Shown piece by piece: positions 28,082 through 42,700 of a stretch of DNA of 64,000 bases. How positions within the stretch are numbered: position 1 is the stretch's first letter; every line of letters begins with the position of its first letter. Source of the stretch: Ruditapes philippinarum (Eukaryota); assembly GCF_026571515.1 (NCBI RefSeq), contig NW_026853239.1:1-64000 (forward strand). Direction: 5' to 3'. Below the pieces are notes generated by a model that was not told the origin of the DNA, searched no databases, and was given only the letters and a program-made list of their open reading frames with translations. The translations under genes and the position numbers were made by a program.

Positions 28082-28444
28082 TATGATGGCTGATTTGGTA
28101 CACTTTGCGTGTTGCGTTGTCGACAGCGACAACACAACCTATATCGTTATCGCCTTTTCGTCTTGACGTCTTGTCGCTAGCGAAACGCACCAAACGGCCC
28201 GTTGTCGTCTTGTCTCTAGCGGCGCGTTGTCTCAATGCCGCCCTGTTGCTTGGACATGTCGCCAACCCTTCGAAATGAGTCGAATAACAATGTGACATCG
28301 CGACAACAAGCCGCACGACAACGCGCCGTTTGGCGTGCATCTTTAGCGACAAGATGAAAGTCCGACAACGCGCCGTTTGGCGCTTTGTCGTGATTTCGCT
28401 AGCGACAATACAATACACAAACGCGTTCCAAATCAGACACCATA
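28082..28444. mobile_element. GC-rich MITE (related short copy at ~53422-53544)
   Basis: TIR TATGATGGCTGATTTGG / CCAAATCAGACACCATA; internal GCGACA/TGTCGC repeats. Confidence 0.8.
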
Positions 28445-29611
28445 ATAAATACATGACATTCAAGTTTTTTCTATGAATACAGGATTTATATTCATCGGGT
28501 GGTATGAAAATAAATATTTCACAATAGACGGTAGCCACAACTGAAATATAATCATTTTCATACCACAAGATGAAAATTAATCCTGTATTTATAGAAAAAA
28601 TAACTTGAGATTTTCTGTTTATTATCAATATATTTTATTTTCATTTTTATTTTAGACATTACAATTTGCAAGACTTCTAAAAATTTTAGTATTGGGTGAA
28701 TATAGAAGAAAACATTCCGGCAAGGCACCCGTGAAAATACGGAATATATGCTTCAATGAAGACACGCATTTTGTTTCATCAATATTTCTCAATATTAAAT
28801 TTAAAAGTATATACCTGGTTATAAATAAATAAATAAATAAAGGTAAATATAGATACTTCATATATAAAAACCACTGTAATTACAGCACACATATAGATGT
28901 ACCTATGACAGAGCCAAGTAATGCCAGGGATGATAGCGGTGGCTTATGTTTATCCAGATTTCCGTTCAAATTGATATCAATTGTTCAACTTTCTTTGTGT
29001 TAAACGCCAGAAGAAAATGGTCTGCTTTTCTTCTCTTCCCTTTCTTTAAAGGTACACTTCCCATATAAACGTCAGAGTTGCTACGAACAACTTTTTTCCT
29101 ATTAAATTCCAAACTCAAAATTTAGGAAACTCGACACTCGTTTAAACAATGACTTCTAAATTCCTGAGATATGCACTCATTGTGTCTGACAGACAGGATG
29201 GTCCCGTATGAAACTTGAAACGGAACTTGTCGTAAAACTTGAGGAAAAAACCCGCATTTTGCATTGCGTGCTCTTTTAAATAAAATGACACAGGTGTTTA
29301 CAGATAATTCTAACTTGAAACTTTATAGGCGTATTATCATTTACAATCTGAAATCTGTTAACTACCTGCAAAACTATACTTTAAGGAAAATATCAATTAA
29401 AACGCTGATTAAGTCATTGTATGATTGAAGTCTGTAAAAAAGTTCAGTTTTATCTCAAACTGGGTAATAAATAATAAAGTAAGTGGTTTATTATTGACAT
29501 TTTCATGTATTGAAATTTTAAATATTAATTGAGTTTGTTATGTTTTACGTTACGGTAGATAGGTTTATGTATCTTTTATGTTAAAATTATCTTCCTGCTC
29601 GTTTTTAAAAG

Positions 29612-29777
29612 TGGCGACCGCGTGGGTTCAAACCCTGTCAGGGTCAAGCCGTTGTTTCCTTGAGCATGAAACTTTACATTTATTGTACTGGTTGGTTCCA
29701 GGAACGGATTCGAGAGTGTTTCAATAAGCTTAAAGCTTCCAACACAATCGAACTAAAATAAATTTGTATAAACTAAA
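29612..29777 (+). mobile_element. tRNA-derived CORE-like SINE, 5'-truncated
   Basis: B box GGTTCAAACC; TTTCCTTGAGCATGAAACTTT..GTACTGGTTGGTTCCAGGAACGGATTCGAGAGTG; same family as 32232-32430. Confidence 0.8.
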
Positions 29778-30310
29778 AGTAAGATAAATATTTAATAATG
29801 AGATGAAACAATAACTTTTTCTACCCCTCACTATTTTTGTAATGTTAATTTCCCATTGGCGAATGGGAGTTACATGTATTCTTACTCTTAATTCAAGTGT
29901 ACCATGTGATTAAAGACTTTTAAAGTAAGGATACTTCTTTAAACTTTATACAGTAAAAGTCTGAAACATAAAATACTATAGAAACAGAGTCTCAATGAAG
30001 TATTTGTTCTGGGTAATGAAAAAGAACAACAACAAAAAAAAGCATAGGTTTTCGAGTAACAGCAAAAATATCATCCCTCATAAAAAACTGTTAGCCGGGC
30101 TCAGAATATAGATCTCTATTTCATTTATAGTTTTTCAAGTAACTTTTCATTTTCCTTAATGTTTTGCACAATTGCATCTTAAAGTTATATAATATTAAAT
30201 ACAATTGAATGTATTTGATATGTAAAGTTATTCAAAAGTATGTATATTATTATTGTATTCTATTTGAGACTCTGAATTCCTTGTCCTGCATTTAATAATT
30301 TTGGTTCATT

Positions 30311-30543
30311 TTAGACGCGCAATGACAAAACCAATATAATGCGTATGCGACCAGCATTTATCCAGACCAGCCTGTTCATCCGCGCAGTCTGATCAGGATC
30401 CATGCTGTTCCCTATCAGTTTCCCTAATTGTTAAAGGGGTTTGTAAGCGAACAGCATGGATCCTGTTCAGACTGCGCGGATGCACAGGCTGGTCTGGAGT
30501 CATGCTGGTCGCAAACGCATTGGTTTTGTCATGGCGCGACTCA
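30311..30543. mobile_element. Intact copy of the same palindromic MITE
   Basis: Long inverted arms (GACAAAACCAA..GACCAGC..CCAGACCAGCCTG..CCGCGCAGTCTGA) with central ...TTTGTAAGCGAACAG. Confidence 0.85.
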
Positions 30544-30793
30544 TTTTCTACCATTGCTATGTATTATCCACCATAAGTTCAACATAAAAGAGACAGAAAC
30601 TTATCTCCATTAGCGTAAAATACATGATTGTCTACATTGGATTAAATATGTAAAACACATACAAATGAATACCACTCATTTAATTTTTATTTTTATTTGT
30701 TTATGGTATATTTCTATCAATCTATAATTCATAATTTAAGGTCAAAAGACATCCAGTGTTCACTAAAAGAGATAAAAACTGTAAGTGCAACCA

Positions 30794-33700
30794 ATGGAGA
30801 AACGAATTGACGACTTACCAGGACCTGATGAAGTACACAATAAATGTGCTTGGTATTATATATGTCGTTGTTTTATTTTATTTACATTGAATATAGAAAT
30901 AAATACAGATTATAACTGTACTTTAACTTTATACTTCTGTAATTGACGTATATTTGGTTAAAATATTTGGTTGATTTAAAGACTGTTTACTCGCTATTGA
31001 CTGAAAGAAATATTTGATTGTTTTAAAGGTGGTTTAAATGATATTGATGTACGAAATATATTTGATTCAGGAAAATAAATAAAAATGATGTACTGAAAGA
31101 ATCAACGATTAAAGGGACTCCACTGAGGATTTTTTTGACGTTAAAGGACCGAAAATATTTTTTTCAAGATTTTTGTATAACTAGATGTATGTCTAGACCA
31201 ATAATAACTCATGTACAAAATTTCACATCACTTGCTCACTCTGTTTCCCAGAAATAATCAATTTTATTGTGCAAATTGGTCCAAAAATGAAAACCGTTTT
31301 GCTTTTTCATTGGCCAAACATCGCATAAAAATCGATTATCAATTTATATATCATCTATTGCTTGATTTCAAATTGAAGTGTACCATTTGATTTAAGAAAG
31401 AATTTCAAAATTTTTTATTTTAGGCTATTGGACCTCAGTGGAGTCCCTTTAATGTGTTACATATAAAGACAGATCAAATACTGAGTTAATGAAAATACAA
31501 AAACCAGAACAAAAACATAATAACATTGTATCACGGACGCAATATGTAAAGTACTATCAAAATGTATATCTGTGATTTAGCGAAATGTCCAGATGAAAAC
31601 ATTAAAAATAATAAAATAAAATGCAATGACATTTACATTTATTTTACGTATGTTCTTTTTACAGCAATCATAACAATACTAAATTGCAGAAAGGTAAGAA
31701 TTTATAAAAATTAAGAAGGACCAATTACTCCGTAATAATCTTTGAAACACTTTGTAGCAAAAATGAAATAATAGATGTATAAAAACTTTATCATATATTA
31801 ATAAAAAGATGTTTAGAACTGTTGTAAGTTTAAAAGATAAACAATTAAAGTATATATTAGATTCTAAACTTGTTGAACGCAAATGTTTTATGAGAACTAA
31901 TTTTTTTGCAGTCCGACTGGTTTTTGGTTGGATCTTTTGATGAATATGTCAACTATTTACGGCCGTTTTTTCTTTTATCATTTTATACAGACATTTTAGC
32001 GCTGACGTCACAATACAGTAAGTTAGAGAGTAAGTTCAGCGAGGAAAAACAAGCTCGGTTACAGTTAAAGGAAAGACTTGACGCCCTTGAAGCTCTAGTG
32101 CGAAGAACAGGAGACAATTCTGGTCTTGGTAGTAACAATAAACAAGGTTTTGTTGAAGATCCCGATAAAAGAGATTCCGGTAATGTAAAATAAGTTTACA
32201 TTTACTATAAAAACAAAACAAAAATTATGAACCGAGTGGTTAACGCGTCGGACTAGTAATCTAGGGATTGCTGACCGCGCAGTTTCATACTCCGACAGGG
32301 GCTAGCTGTTGTTTCTTTGAGCATGAAACTTTGCATTCATTGCTTGGTACTGGTTAGTTCCAGGAACGGATTCGAGAGTGTTCCAATAAGGTTATACACA
32401 ATCGAACTAAAACAATTTTGTATAAACTTTAAACAAATCATATGCGATCAGTTTAAAGGCCCATGATGCTTTGGAAATGCTTATTTTTCTGTTTGCAAAT
32501 GAAATATTTAAGTGAATTATTTTTTTGTATGGAAGTCAAAATACTATTTTGTTATCTTTACGACACATCACTCTATGTTCAGTGCTACTTTTTCAGTTGC
32601 TGAATATCTAACATGGTCTTAAATCTTAATCAATTACTAAAACATTATCAAACACATGTTTTGCATTTCTAAAGTACTTAAAAAATTGATTTCTGAGGCA
32701 TTATGTGCCATTAAACATTATTATTTGATATCGATTGTGACAAAAGCATGAACCATTATCATAACTGAGAATCGTGTTAAAATATCACCAAAGAACTGAT
32801 CAGTAGTTTTATGGAATGAGAAAAAATAGCTTTGACCAGTGTGGGCTCTAACCTACGATCAACCGTTCGAGCCTACGAACCAAAGATAGGGACGCATTCA
32901 CCCCATTTTTCTTTAAACGTATATTTTCACGGATATTTTTATATTTTAATTACTAGTAATATTTTAATGTTAACCATGCCTATTATATTATCACTGGCTT
33001 TTCTTTTACACAATACATATATCCTTGTAGCTGATGGGTTGCCTTTAAAGATCCTGTAACTCATTTTTTATGGTTTTATATCATAAATATAATGCTTAAA
33101 TGAAGATTTATCAATATTGTAAGTTCCAAAAAAAACATTATTTGTAAAGATATTTCCGAATTTACATGTCATGTTAATATAGGGAGGTAAATGGAAATTT
33201 ATTTTTATAAAGTCTAAATCATTTTTTTTTCAATAAGAAATGAATTCAAATATGTTGATGATTACATATTATGTGTACAAATATTTGCTGTTCATATTTT
33301 ACATATTCTTCGATGTTTAAAAATTGTTTAAGAAGCATGATTATATTCATACAGTAACAACCTTAATTACAACATACAGGATCTTTAAGAGCAGAGGCAT
33401 CAGAACTGCAGCTACCGTTTAACCCTGCGTGATAGTAAGAGTGTACTAAATTGGTTTAAATTACTGGAGTCTATGCATCTTTTAGCTCCAGTAAGTGAGA
33501 TGGCCTCGGTCACTGTGTTGTTGTTTTAAGTTTGTAACACCCAAGGTTAGCCGCAATCATCTGTCCTGCTGTTCCGGTGCCATATGACCTATATTGTGTT
33601 GGTGCACCGTAAATATAATACAATATTGAATATGTCAGTAAATGAGACGATTAAAATCTATGGTAATATGTTAATTTACAAACGATCATTTTCTTTTACC

Positions 33701-36700
33701 AACAAATCGTATTCGTTACCAGTGTCAAACGCAGGAATAAAGAGTAACACCGAAAGGGAGACACAAGACTCCGCTATCTCAATGGGTGACGTTTTTCGGG
33801 AGATAGATAATACTAAATATACCAAGGACTCCGCAAGTAATAATGATAAAGCACGGTAAATTTCATATCATATCATACCATATCATATCCATATCATATA
33901 ATATCCAAATTATATCATATCATATCATACCAGATCATATCATATCATACAAGATCATCATATCATATCATATTATATCATACCAGATCATGTCATATCA
34001 TATCCATATCCAGATCATGTCATATCATATCCATGTCATGTCATATCCATATCCATAGCCATGTCATGTCATATCATATCCATATCATATCATATTAAAC
34101 CATATCATGTCATATCATACCAGATCATGTCATATCATATCATATCCATATCATATCATGTCATATCATTTAATATCCATATCATATCAAATCATATCAT
34201 GTTATATCATAACATGTGATATCCTATAATATCATGTCAATCATATCCATATCATGTCATATCATATATCATGTCCATATCATATTATACGATATCATGC
34301 TCATATCCATAGCATGTCATTTCATTTTAAATCATATCCATATCATGTCATATCTTTTCATATCATATCATGTCATATCATATATCATGTCCACATCAGG
34401 GGGCGTCCGTGGCCGAGTGGTTAAGGTCGTTGACTTCAAACCACTTGCCCCTCGCCGCTGTGGGTTCGAATCCCGACAGGGACTTTGGCTTCTTTCATGT
34501 GAGGAAGCTATCCAGCTAGCTTACGGAACGTCGGTGGTTCTACTCAGGTGCCCGTTCCTGCCTGAAATAATGCACGGAAAAGCACCTGAGGTCTTCCTCC
34601 ACCAGTAAAGCTGGAACGTCGCGATATGACCTATACTGTGTCGATGTGACGTAAAACCAAAAACAAACAAACAAAAATGTCCACATCATGTCATTTCATA
34701 TCATATCATACCATATTATGTCCACATCATGTCATATGATATCATATTACATCATGTCAAATCATATCCAAATCATGTCATATCATACAATATCATAATA
34801 CATCATATCATAGCATGTCATATCATATCTTTTAAATATCATGTCTTTTCATTTCATATCATGTCATATCTTATCATAAAATGCAAAATTAATTTTGAAT
34901 TACTTGTAATTCATGTTCTCTACATTCGACATTCTGTAAGTTATTATGAATATTTTTTTAATTTTTATAATGAATGTAATATTCGGTTTTAAATCTTTAA
35001 TTCTTAAATAAATCTTTTTTTGCAGGAAATAATGATAATAAAAATGATGCACAGATTAACATTTCTTTACCGTTTTAGAACATGCCTTAATGTGATTACT
35101 TTATGTACCCATGTTATAACAACCCTTTACGTAACTATATCAATTTATGAATCGGAAATAAAAATAATGTAACTGAAAATTTCAGCACAAACTCAAAAAG
35201 GAAAGTAAACTTTCTAAATGACGAAGGTAAGTTTCATACGAGTTGTCAGTACGGAAGACCAGTGGGGTCATTTCAATCCTCGATTTCGTGAACTAATTGA
35301 ATTCGTGTTTTCAAGAATTCTCGATTTCAGTTTCATGACTTCACGATTTCAACTTCACGAATTCACGATTCTAACTTCATGAATTCACGATTTCAAGTTC
35401 ACGAATTATGCATCGCGAATTCACGTTTTGAACTTTAATATTTCAACTTCACGAATTCAAGCTTTCAACTTCACACTTTCAACTCCATGAATTCATGTTT
35501 TGAACTTCACGATTTCAACTACACGAATTCAAGATTTAATCTTCACGAAGTTGAAAGCCTGAATTCATGATGTTGAAGTTCTGAATTCGTGAAGATGAAC
35601 CCAAGAGTTCAAGAATTTTAAAATGTCACTATCGGCCTTTCGTTTGTCAAATTTCAAGTACATGTCTTTTGTTAATCCTTTGTCAACGATTGTTTAATGT
35701 TTAAAATCGAAAGAAATAGTTGCAAATCTGCTTAGACAATTTATAAACGAGTTACGTTTAAATGGAGAGGAAGCTATGACGTCATACATCATCGATTCAT
35801 TATCCCGCAAATTCACATTTGTGCGAGATTGTCCGAGAATATGTTTGACACAAGAAAATTTACCGATATGTACACCGCCATGTTATCTAAAATTTGTTAT
35901 GGTAATAAAAAGAAATAACAAAAATGTAATAAAACAAGCAAAAAAGATGTAAATTATTCTCAGTAATGGATGAAAATGTAAACACATTGGTTACGTAAAA
36001 CAAAATTGTGGTAATTGATCAACTCCAAGGGTCAATGATATTCGCGTTAGGGATTATGGGTCAGGATTTGAAAATTTTCTATCATTAGAGCTTCTTATCC
36101 CTCTGTAACATAAGTCTCTGGATTTTTTATAATTCTAAAAACTGAAGCTTTCTAAATTTTCAGTAGATATTGTCAAACAAGATGTGAAAAGAGTTTACGA
36201 CGGAGATAGACATTGGAGATATATGGCAAAATCAGAACAACGACGAAGTATGTATAGTTACAGTACACGCTTTATGTAACGCGTAATATGATTGGTTATT
36301 AGATTCAAATTTGTTATAGTATAATTTATTGTATTAAAGTTTGGAGATCTTTCTATTGAAAATGTGTCCGAGTTAAATCGCATACAAGTACATGCACAAT
36401 GCCTTAACTGGAGTCAGGGTCTTTCAAATATTTGAAAGACCCTGTTGGAGTACAGGTATTAATTAGGTACCCATACTTCAGTTACCGCGCTGTCTGTCGG
36501 GTATAAAATAGAACATGCTAGTTGATTGGCCAAATCCCTCCAGAGGCGTGCTCGTCGCGGATAAGGCACACGGCAGGTCAAGGTCAAGTCATCTCAAGTA
36601 AATACAAGTGATTATTGGTTAACCAGTTGTAACTAACTATAGAGGGTGTTGTTACCAAGGGTCGTTTTTTGTTATCGTTTGTCGGAAAACTGATGCCTGG

Positions 36701-39700
36701 GCAGTATTGTCGACTCGTTACGAAGAACAGGTTCCAGGAAGAGTCGGCATGAAAAGACGTCCCCGATGAGACTTCAACGGTGGACCGGCAAGGAAGCTAT
36801 AATCTCGGGCATATGGTTAGTCCGGCGCCGAGTATAAACAAAACTAAATACACGATGGGCTACAATTGTTCTTGGGTTTACTTATTGTGGCGACAGGAAA
36901 AGGGATCACGATAGAAAAGTCATATTCAGATGCTCGTCCATTGTTTCTATTTTTGCCTATGATACCAAAGAGAAAGAACACTAAAACACTCGGCAATCTG
37001 AATTATACTAAGGGGCTATGCATATTTAGTATATATGTATCATTTTTTTATTCATTTTTTTGTGGGAAATAAAGGAAATTGAATTAAAGGCATATTCCAA
37101 ATATCATAACATGTTTCAAATGAAAAATACTGCAGTTGACATGGTTTTGAGAGTTAGGAGGGTTGTAGAGTGGGTGAGGGGCCGTGGGTAGTGACCAATC
37201 AACGCGCCGAACACCTATACAATCATGTGACAGGATCCTCCCAGTCATTATCCTATTAAAGGGACATCACTGGAATGAAAAAAAAAACATCTTTTTTAAA
37301 ATTTGTTTACCATTTTTGTAGGTCTAGACCAATAACTTGTGTGCAATTTTCAGATAATTCCCTCGCCCCATTGTTTTAGAATAGTCATTTTTTATTTTCA
37401 AAATTATTTCCAACGCTTTTCAATCAAATCAGGCTAAGAATCACACACAAAGTTGATGAACAGTTTAATTCTGAGTATATTACTGTGCTGCGTTCCCTAT
37501 TACAGATCAAGTTAAGATGGTCATTTCTTAAAAAAAAACTGCCAGTTTTTTGTGTGACCATCTATATTGTGTAGAGTTTTTTTCGTGTGAAGACAAAACA
37601 TGTTTATTTTATATTTACATCAATATTTTCTAATACAATCTATCAAATTTGAGCAAAGTATATCTTTTAGATGTTGAAACATGGTAATTTCTTTTAATCT
37701 ACAGATCATGAGTTGTACAAGAACCTCGAAGATATTCATGTAGTCATTTGTATTGACATATCAGAAAGTATGGCGGAGTGTAACGGTTGGGTAAAAGCAC
37801 ACACATTCTTGACCAATTATCTCACAGGTATACGAACACTTGAAAAAAATAGTTCCTACTTTTATGGATAAAATTAGTAAGATAATAATAATAAGATATT
37901 TTTTTCTGAAAGAGTTTCTGGAAAGTGGGCATTTTTATACGTACTCTTGAAAAAATAGTTCCTACTTTCATGAATGAAATTAATAAGATAATTATTAAGA
38001 TATTAATAAGATAATTATTTTTCTGAAAGAGTTTCTTGAAAGTAGGCCTTTTTAGAGTTAGTTATACTGTCATTCGAAGCTAAGTGCTGCCCTAACAAGT
38101 GATTAACAAGTTATGTATTTATACTGAACAGAAAATTAGGTAATCTGAGTTTACAAAAAGTTATGTATTCAGTATAAAAAGGAAATTTAGTATTCAAACT
38201 GAACAAAATGTTAAATTATATGTAGTTGTGTATTTAGAGTGAACATAAAGCTGGCAGAGTGAACAACAAATTAGGTATTCAGATTAAATACAAAGTTAAG
38301 TGCATGTATTTAAATTTAATATAAAATTAGGTATTCAGAGTGGACATAAAGTTAGGTATTCTGAGAACAACAGAAATTTGGTTTTAAGTTTAATATAAAT
38401 ATTCATTATATACTTATAAATGTAATATTGAGAAATACTTATGAAATAAAATGAGTATTTTCTTTTTCCGTATTTTCAATGTAAAAAAATAGTTTTCACT
38501 GCAGTGAAACATATCTTCTGTATTTTCACTTGTGTCTTGTCGCATTTATTTCTTTTAAATTCTGCCAGTACACAAAATTTAAGGGACATTCTTTCCAATC
38601 GTACTGTCAAAAAAGAGAAATATGTATATAATAAACAGAAAATGATTTTTCTTCATCTTGTGGCATGAAAATTATCGTATTTCACTCGTGGCTACCGCCA
38701 CTCATGAAATATTTATTTTCATACCACTCGATGAAAATAAATCATGTATTGATAGAAAAAAACTTGAATATCCTGTATTCATTTAGTGGTTGCTCGCTAT
38801 CCTTTTTTTAAATATGAAGCAACCATACCTATCTGCTAGAATATCTAACATTTCCTTTGTGTTTATTTTCCTTGCAGGTTTGGAGAACATGTCCAATTTT
38901 CATGACTTTACCCCGGAACATATTTCAGTAGTAATATTTGGACACGAAACGAAAGTTCTCGTGGAATATACAGATCGTTACGAGGAAATTAGAAAGAAAA
39001 TAGGTTTGTTTGTTTGTTTGATTCATTTTACGCCTTTTCCCAACAGTATTTCAGTCATATAGACGGGTAGTTTCCTAACCATCGTTCCTGGAGAGTTACA
39101 CCAGTCCTAGACTGCCTTCCTCCGTGCCAAACTACCAAAGCATCTCCCGGGGATCGAACCCATGCCAGAGAGGTAACTGGATTAGAAGTCATCGACTCTA
39201 ACCCCTCGATCACGGAGGCGGTTTAAGAGTGAGTAGATGGCAGACTAAAATATTTTTGGGTAGAGGTATTCCTTTAGGGCGATAGGACAATACAATATGC
39301 AGCTTTGTCTTTACTGAGCTGTTCATTTAAAATAAAGGAATGGGATGTAACTCATTATGACTGGAGCAGTACTATAGACGCTTGCAGAAATAATGTTAAA
39401 ACGGGACCAAAACCATGTGTTAACATAGTCACGCGCTCTTGTTATAGCCCAGTTTTACCTATGCGCAATACATACAGGGCCCAGTAAACAAACAAACAAA
39501 AAATGACGATTTGGTCTTGTTTGCCAAAGAGTCATGCGCTTTTGTTATATTGAAATTATTGATTCGAGGGCATCAATCGCATAAGTAACGGCGAGCAGCA
39601 TTCAAGTAACTATGCCGGAAATACGGCGTATAGACATCGCCGCTAATCCTGGTTGTCGCCCTTTCTAAGAAACGGACCGTTGTCAATGAAAACAAACCCT

Positions 39701-42700
39701 CCGAGTAACTTACAAAACAAGATACAACAAAATGAATATGAGAAAATGTTGTTTTATTGATTTTTATATTGATAAATGCTCTTTATATTTATTTGAGAGA
39801 ATAATGTTTAGTGCCTGATTTTTTTTTCAAAACTTGTGTGCTTGAAAGAAAAACCGATTCTGATGTCATTGATCTTTTTTCTACCATCAATCAGAAATAA
39901 TTCTAGGAATGTCTGACGGTCATGTTTTGTCTTGTGTAGAGTAATTTAATGTGTATTTTTTCTTAAGTTAATAAATCTCCAATGTTAAGCTTTGTTAAAT
40001 CAATTAAAATTGGCCCCGGAAAAATAAAACGCATACGTAAAACATGTAGAATTGGATAAATACCGTCCAAGCACAAGGATTTAATGTATGTGTTTTGTAT
40101 TAAATCGACATCATGAATCTGTTTTAAAATTTTATGCTATAATAGCGTCAACGCACGTTTATTTCGTGTTATAAAGTCTGCAGAGTCCCTCGGAACTGTT
40201 GGAGCCCTCGCCCTACCGGGTATTCCTTTAGGGCAACGATAAATATGCATCTTTGTCTTTACTGAGCCTGTTCATTTAAAATAAAAGAATGAGATGTAAC
40301 TCATTATAGGACTGGAGCAGTACTATATACGCTTGCAGAAATCATGATAAAAAATAGACAAATAGCGTGCTTTTCCCCCGTCGATTCTTACATTTTTCAT
40401 CCACTATCATGCATAAATCGGTTAGACCTATTAACTTTCAATTCGCTGGGTAAAAAGGCAACATTTTACCATTTAATCATTCAAGCCCCTTGTCCGGTAT
40501 ATACCGTTTAGTCTCACTCAAAGGAATGTGTTATAACTCTTACGTCGCCTTGCTTAAAGTTTATGGCCAAATTCATAAGATTTAAAATTCTTTCAAAAAT
40601 AAACTGGTGAACTTAAAATGGAAAACTATGCATAAATGATAATCTGCTTTTTGATCTTTTTTTTCCTCTCGGCCGAATTGAGTGAAAACCGTTGCAACGC
40701 TTTTCGTTTGGGGTCAATTTGTACAATAAAATTGATTATACCGGGGAAGCGGAGTAAACAAAATGATCTGAAATTTTGCACATGAGTTATTGGTCTAGAC
40801 TTTCATACAGAAATACAAAAGTCTTGAAAAAAATGTTTTTGATACCTTCATGTCAGCAGTGAAGTCCCTTTAAGCTTAAGCAGCATTTAATCCTCAACTC
40901 TAAAAGTACTGGAATCGATTATCCCAAAGGGCTAAAAAATGATACGGCACTGAGACGGAAGAACAAGTTGACCCACAACTGTTGTGTCTGGTTAACCATA
41001 GGTAGTAAGTTGTAAAACATGTTCTGTCGGGGTGTTTAAGGATGACATGTTAATATAAAATAATCAGAGCAAAAAGCACAAACAGGCTATGAATATCGAT
41101 ATTTTATTTCATCCATTAAATAAAGTAATACACTGACAACTTCTAAATATAAGTCGCTTCTTAGTATTATAAATAATTTCTTTTTGGAGAGTTTATCTAA
41201 TCATCATTATTTTGTTCAATCCATTAATTTTTTTCCAGATGAATTAAAGTTGGGAGGACCTTCACAGATGTTTGGCGGAGTCTTATTTGCTGACGCCATG
41301 GCATTTTGTACCAGGTGTGAGTATGTGTATATACCTTGTATTTCATGTTGATATTTTTAATCAGAGAAACATAAAACCTTTTTGAAGTGCGCTCTGTCCA
41401 TGATTATTAAATAATTTTAGTTTTAAAGGAATGTGATTTCCGTTAAATCAGACTTCAAAAGAAACCTAATAAAAATAAAAATGAAGTTCTTACGTACTAA
41501 ACATATCACGTAAATGTTTGTTTTCTGCCTAAGAACTGGAAAAAAGGGAACAAATTAAACGCTAAAAAATTGCACAAAACGGTAAGATATATAGTTCCCA
41601 ATTTCTACAATATATACTGGCCTTGCCAAAAGTAGCAGCTATTTTGGGGGTCAATATTCTATGCAATTTAGGTCAGGCTGTCGCATTGTAATATAGCCAG
41701 CGATTGGCTAAAAAAAATGTGCAAGAACACCCGTAGCAAAAAATTTCAATGAATAGATGAGTAGGGGGAAGGGGGAATAATCCTCTTTGAAGTCATTTTG
41801 GTTGGCTACCCCAGTGTAACCGGATCATTTTATGTGTTTGCTAGAAAAATCACCTCTTTACAGCATGAAAACTGAATTTTAAGGTAAGATAAGGGACCAA
41901 TTCTTATAATAAGGTCTATGGGGAATCAATGTGAGTGTCTGACTTATAATAAGAATTGACACAATATAAAGACAATCAATATTAACAACTAATCTAGATG
42001 ACTTGACAAATTATCTTATACATAAGAAACAAATATTATCATAGCACCAATGTGTTAAAGATTTGTTTATCAGTTTTCGTGAAGATGATATAGTTATGAG
42101 TGTTTTCAATAGTATCTTATGCAAATGATATAATTGGAATGACCGCCAAAATGGTGGCCAGGGGTGGTAATAATTGCTATGTAAAAATTGTAGCAGACGA
42201 CTCGTTCTGTCATTTATTTATATATATATATTTGTATATATTACAGCTCACGTCGTTCAATGTCCAAACCAAGCTATCATACTTACTAAGATAATAGTTA
42301 TCACAGACGGTAGAGCCACTGAAGCAGACTTAATTTCTGGACCCGATGTACACGATTCTAGCAAAATTGACGAGGTGAGAAAAAACTCCCTAATATTGCT
42401 TACCATGCAAGTGCCTCAATTTTATTTTGTTCAAGATTTATATATTATACGTAATTGGCCATTTAATATTCAAAACACAAAACCACTTATTGACAGATTT
42501 TGAAAACTGGATATTGTTTAGTCTGATAGTCATTAAAATCAGTTAGTACATGTACAAGAGCATGTGTACGAGTACGAGTGCTCATACATGTTTCAACCAC
42601 TATATTATATACTTATTAATGAAATTAAAAAAAAATATATAGTTTCACTGTAAACATTTATTTTTCACTGCAGTGAAAAATATCTTCACTGGTACCTTGC

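Noticed and set aside
28047-28628. 193-aa minus ORF
   Set aside because: Runs through a GC-rich MITE and an adjacent repeat; no protein motif.
34399-34485. tRNA gene
   Set aside because: It is the tRNA-derived head of a SINE, followed by a core, an (AAAC)n tail and a TSD.
33843-34992. Ile/Ser/Tyr/His-rich ORFs
   Set aside because: Translations of the ATCAT microsatellite and the SINE.
35026-35100. Strong acceptor ttttttgcag as a gene B exon
   Set aside because: The required phase gives an immediate stop; 35186-35226 fits the phases instead.
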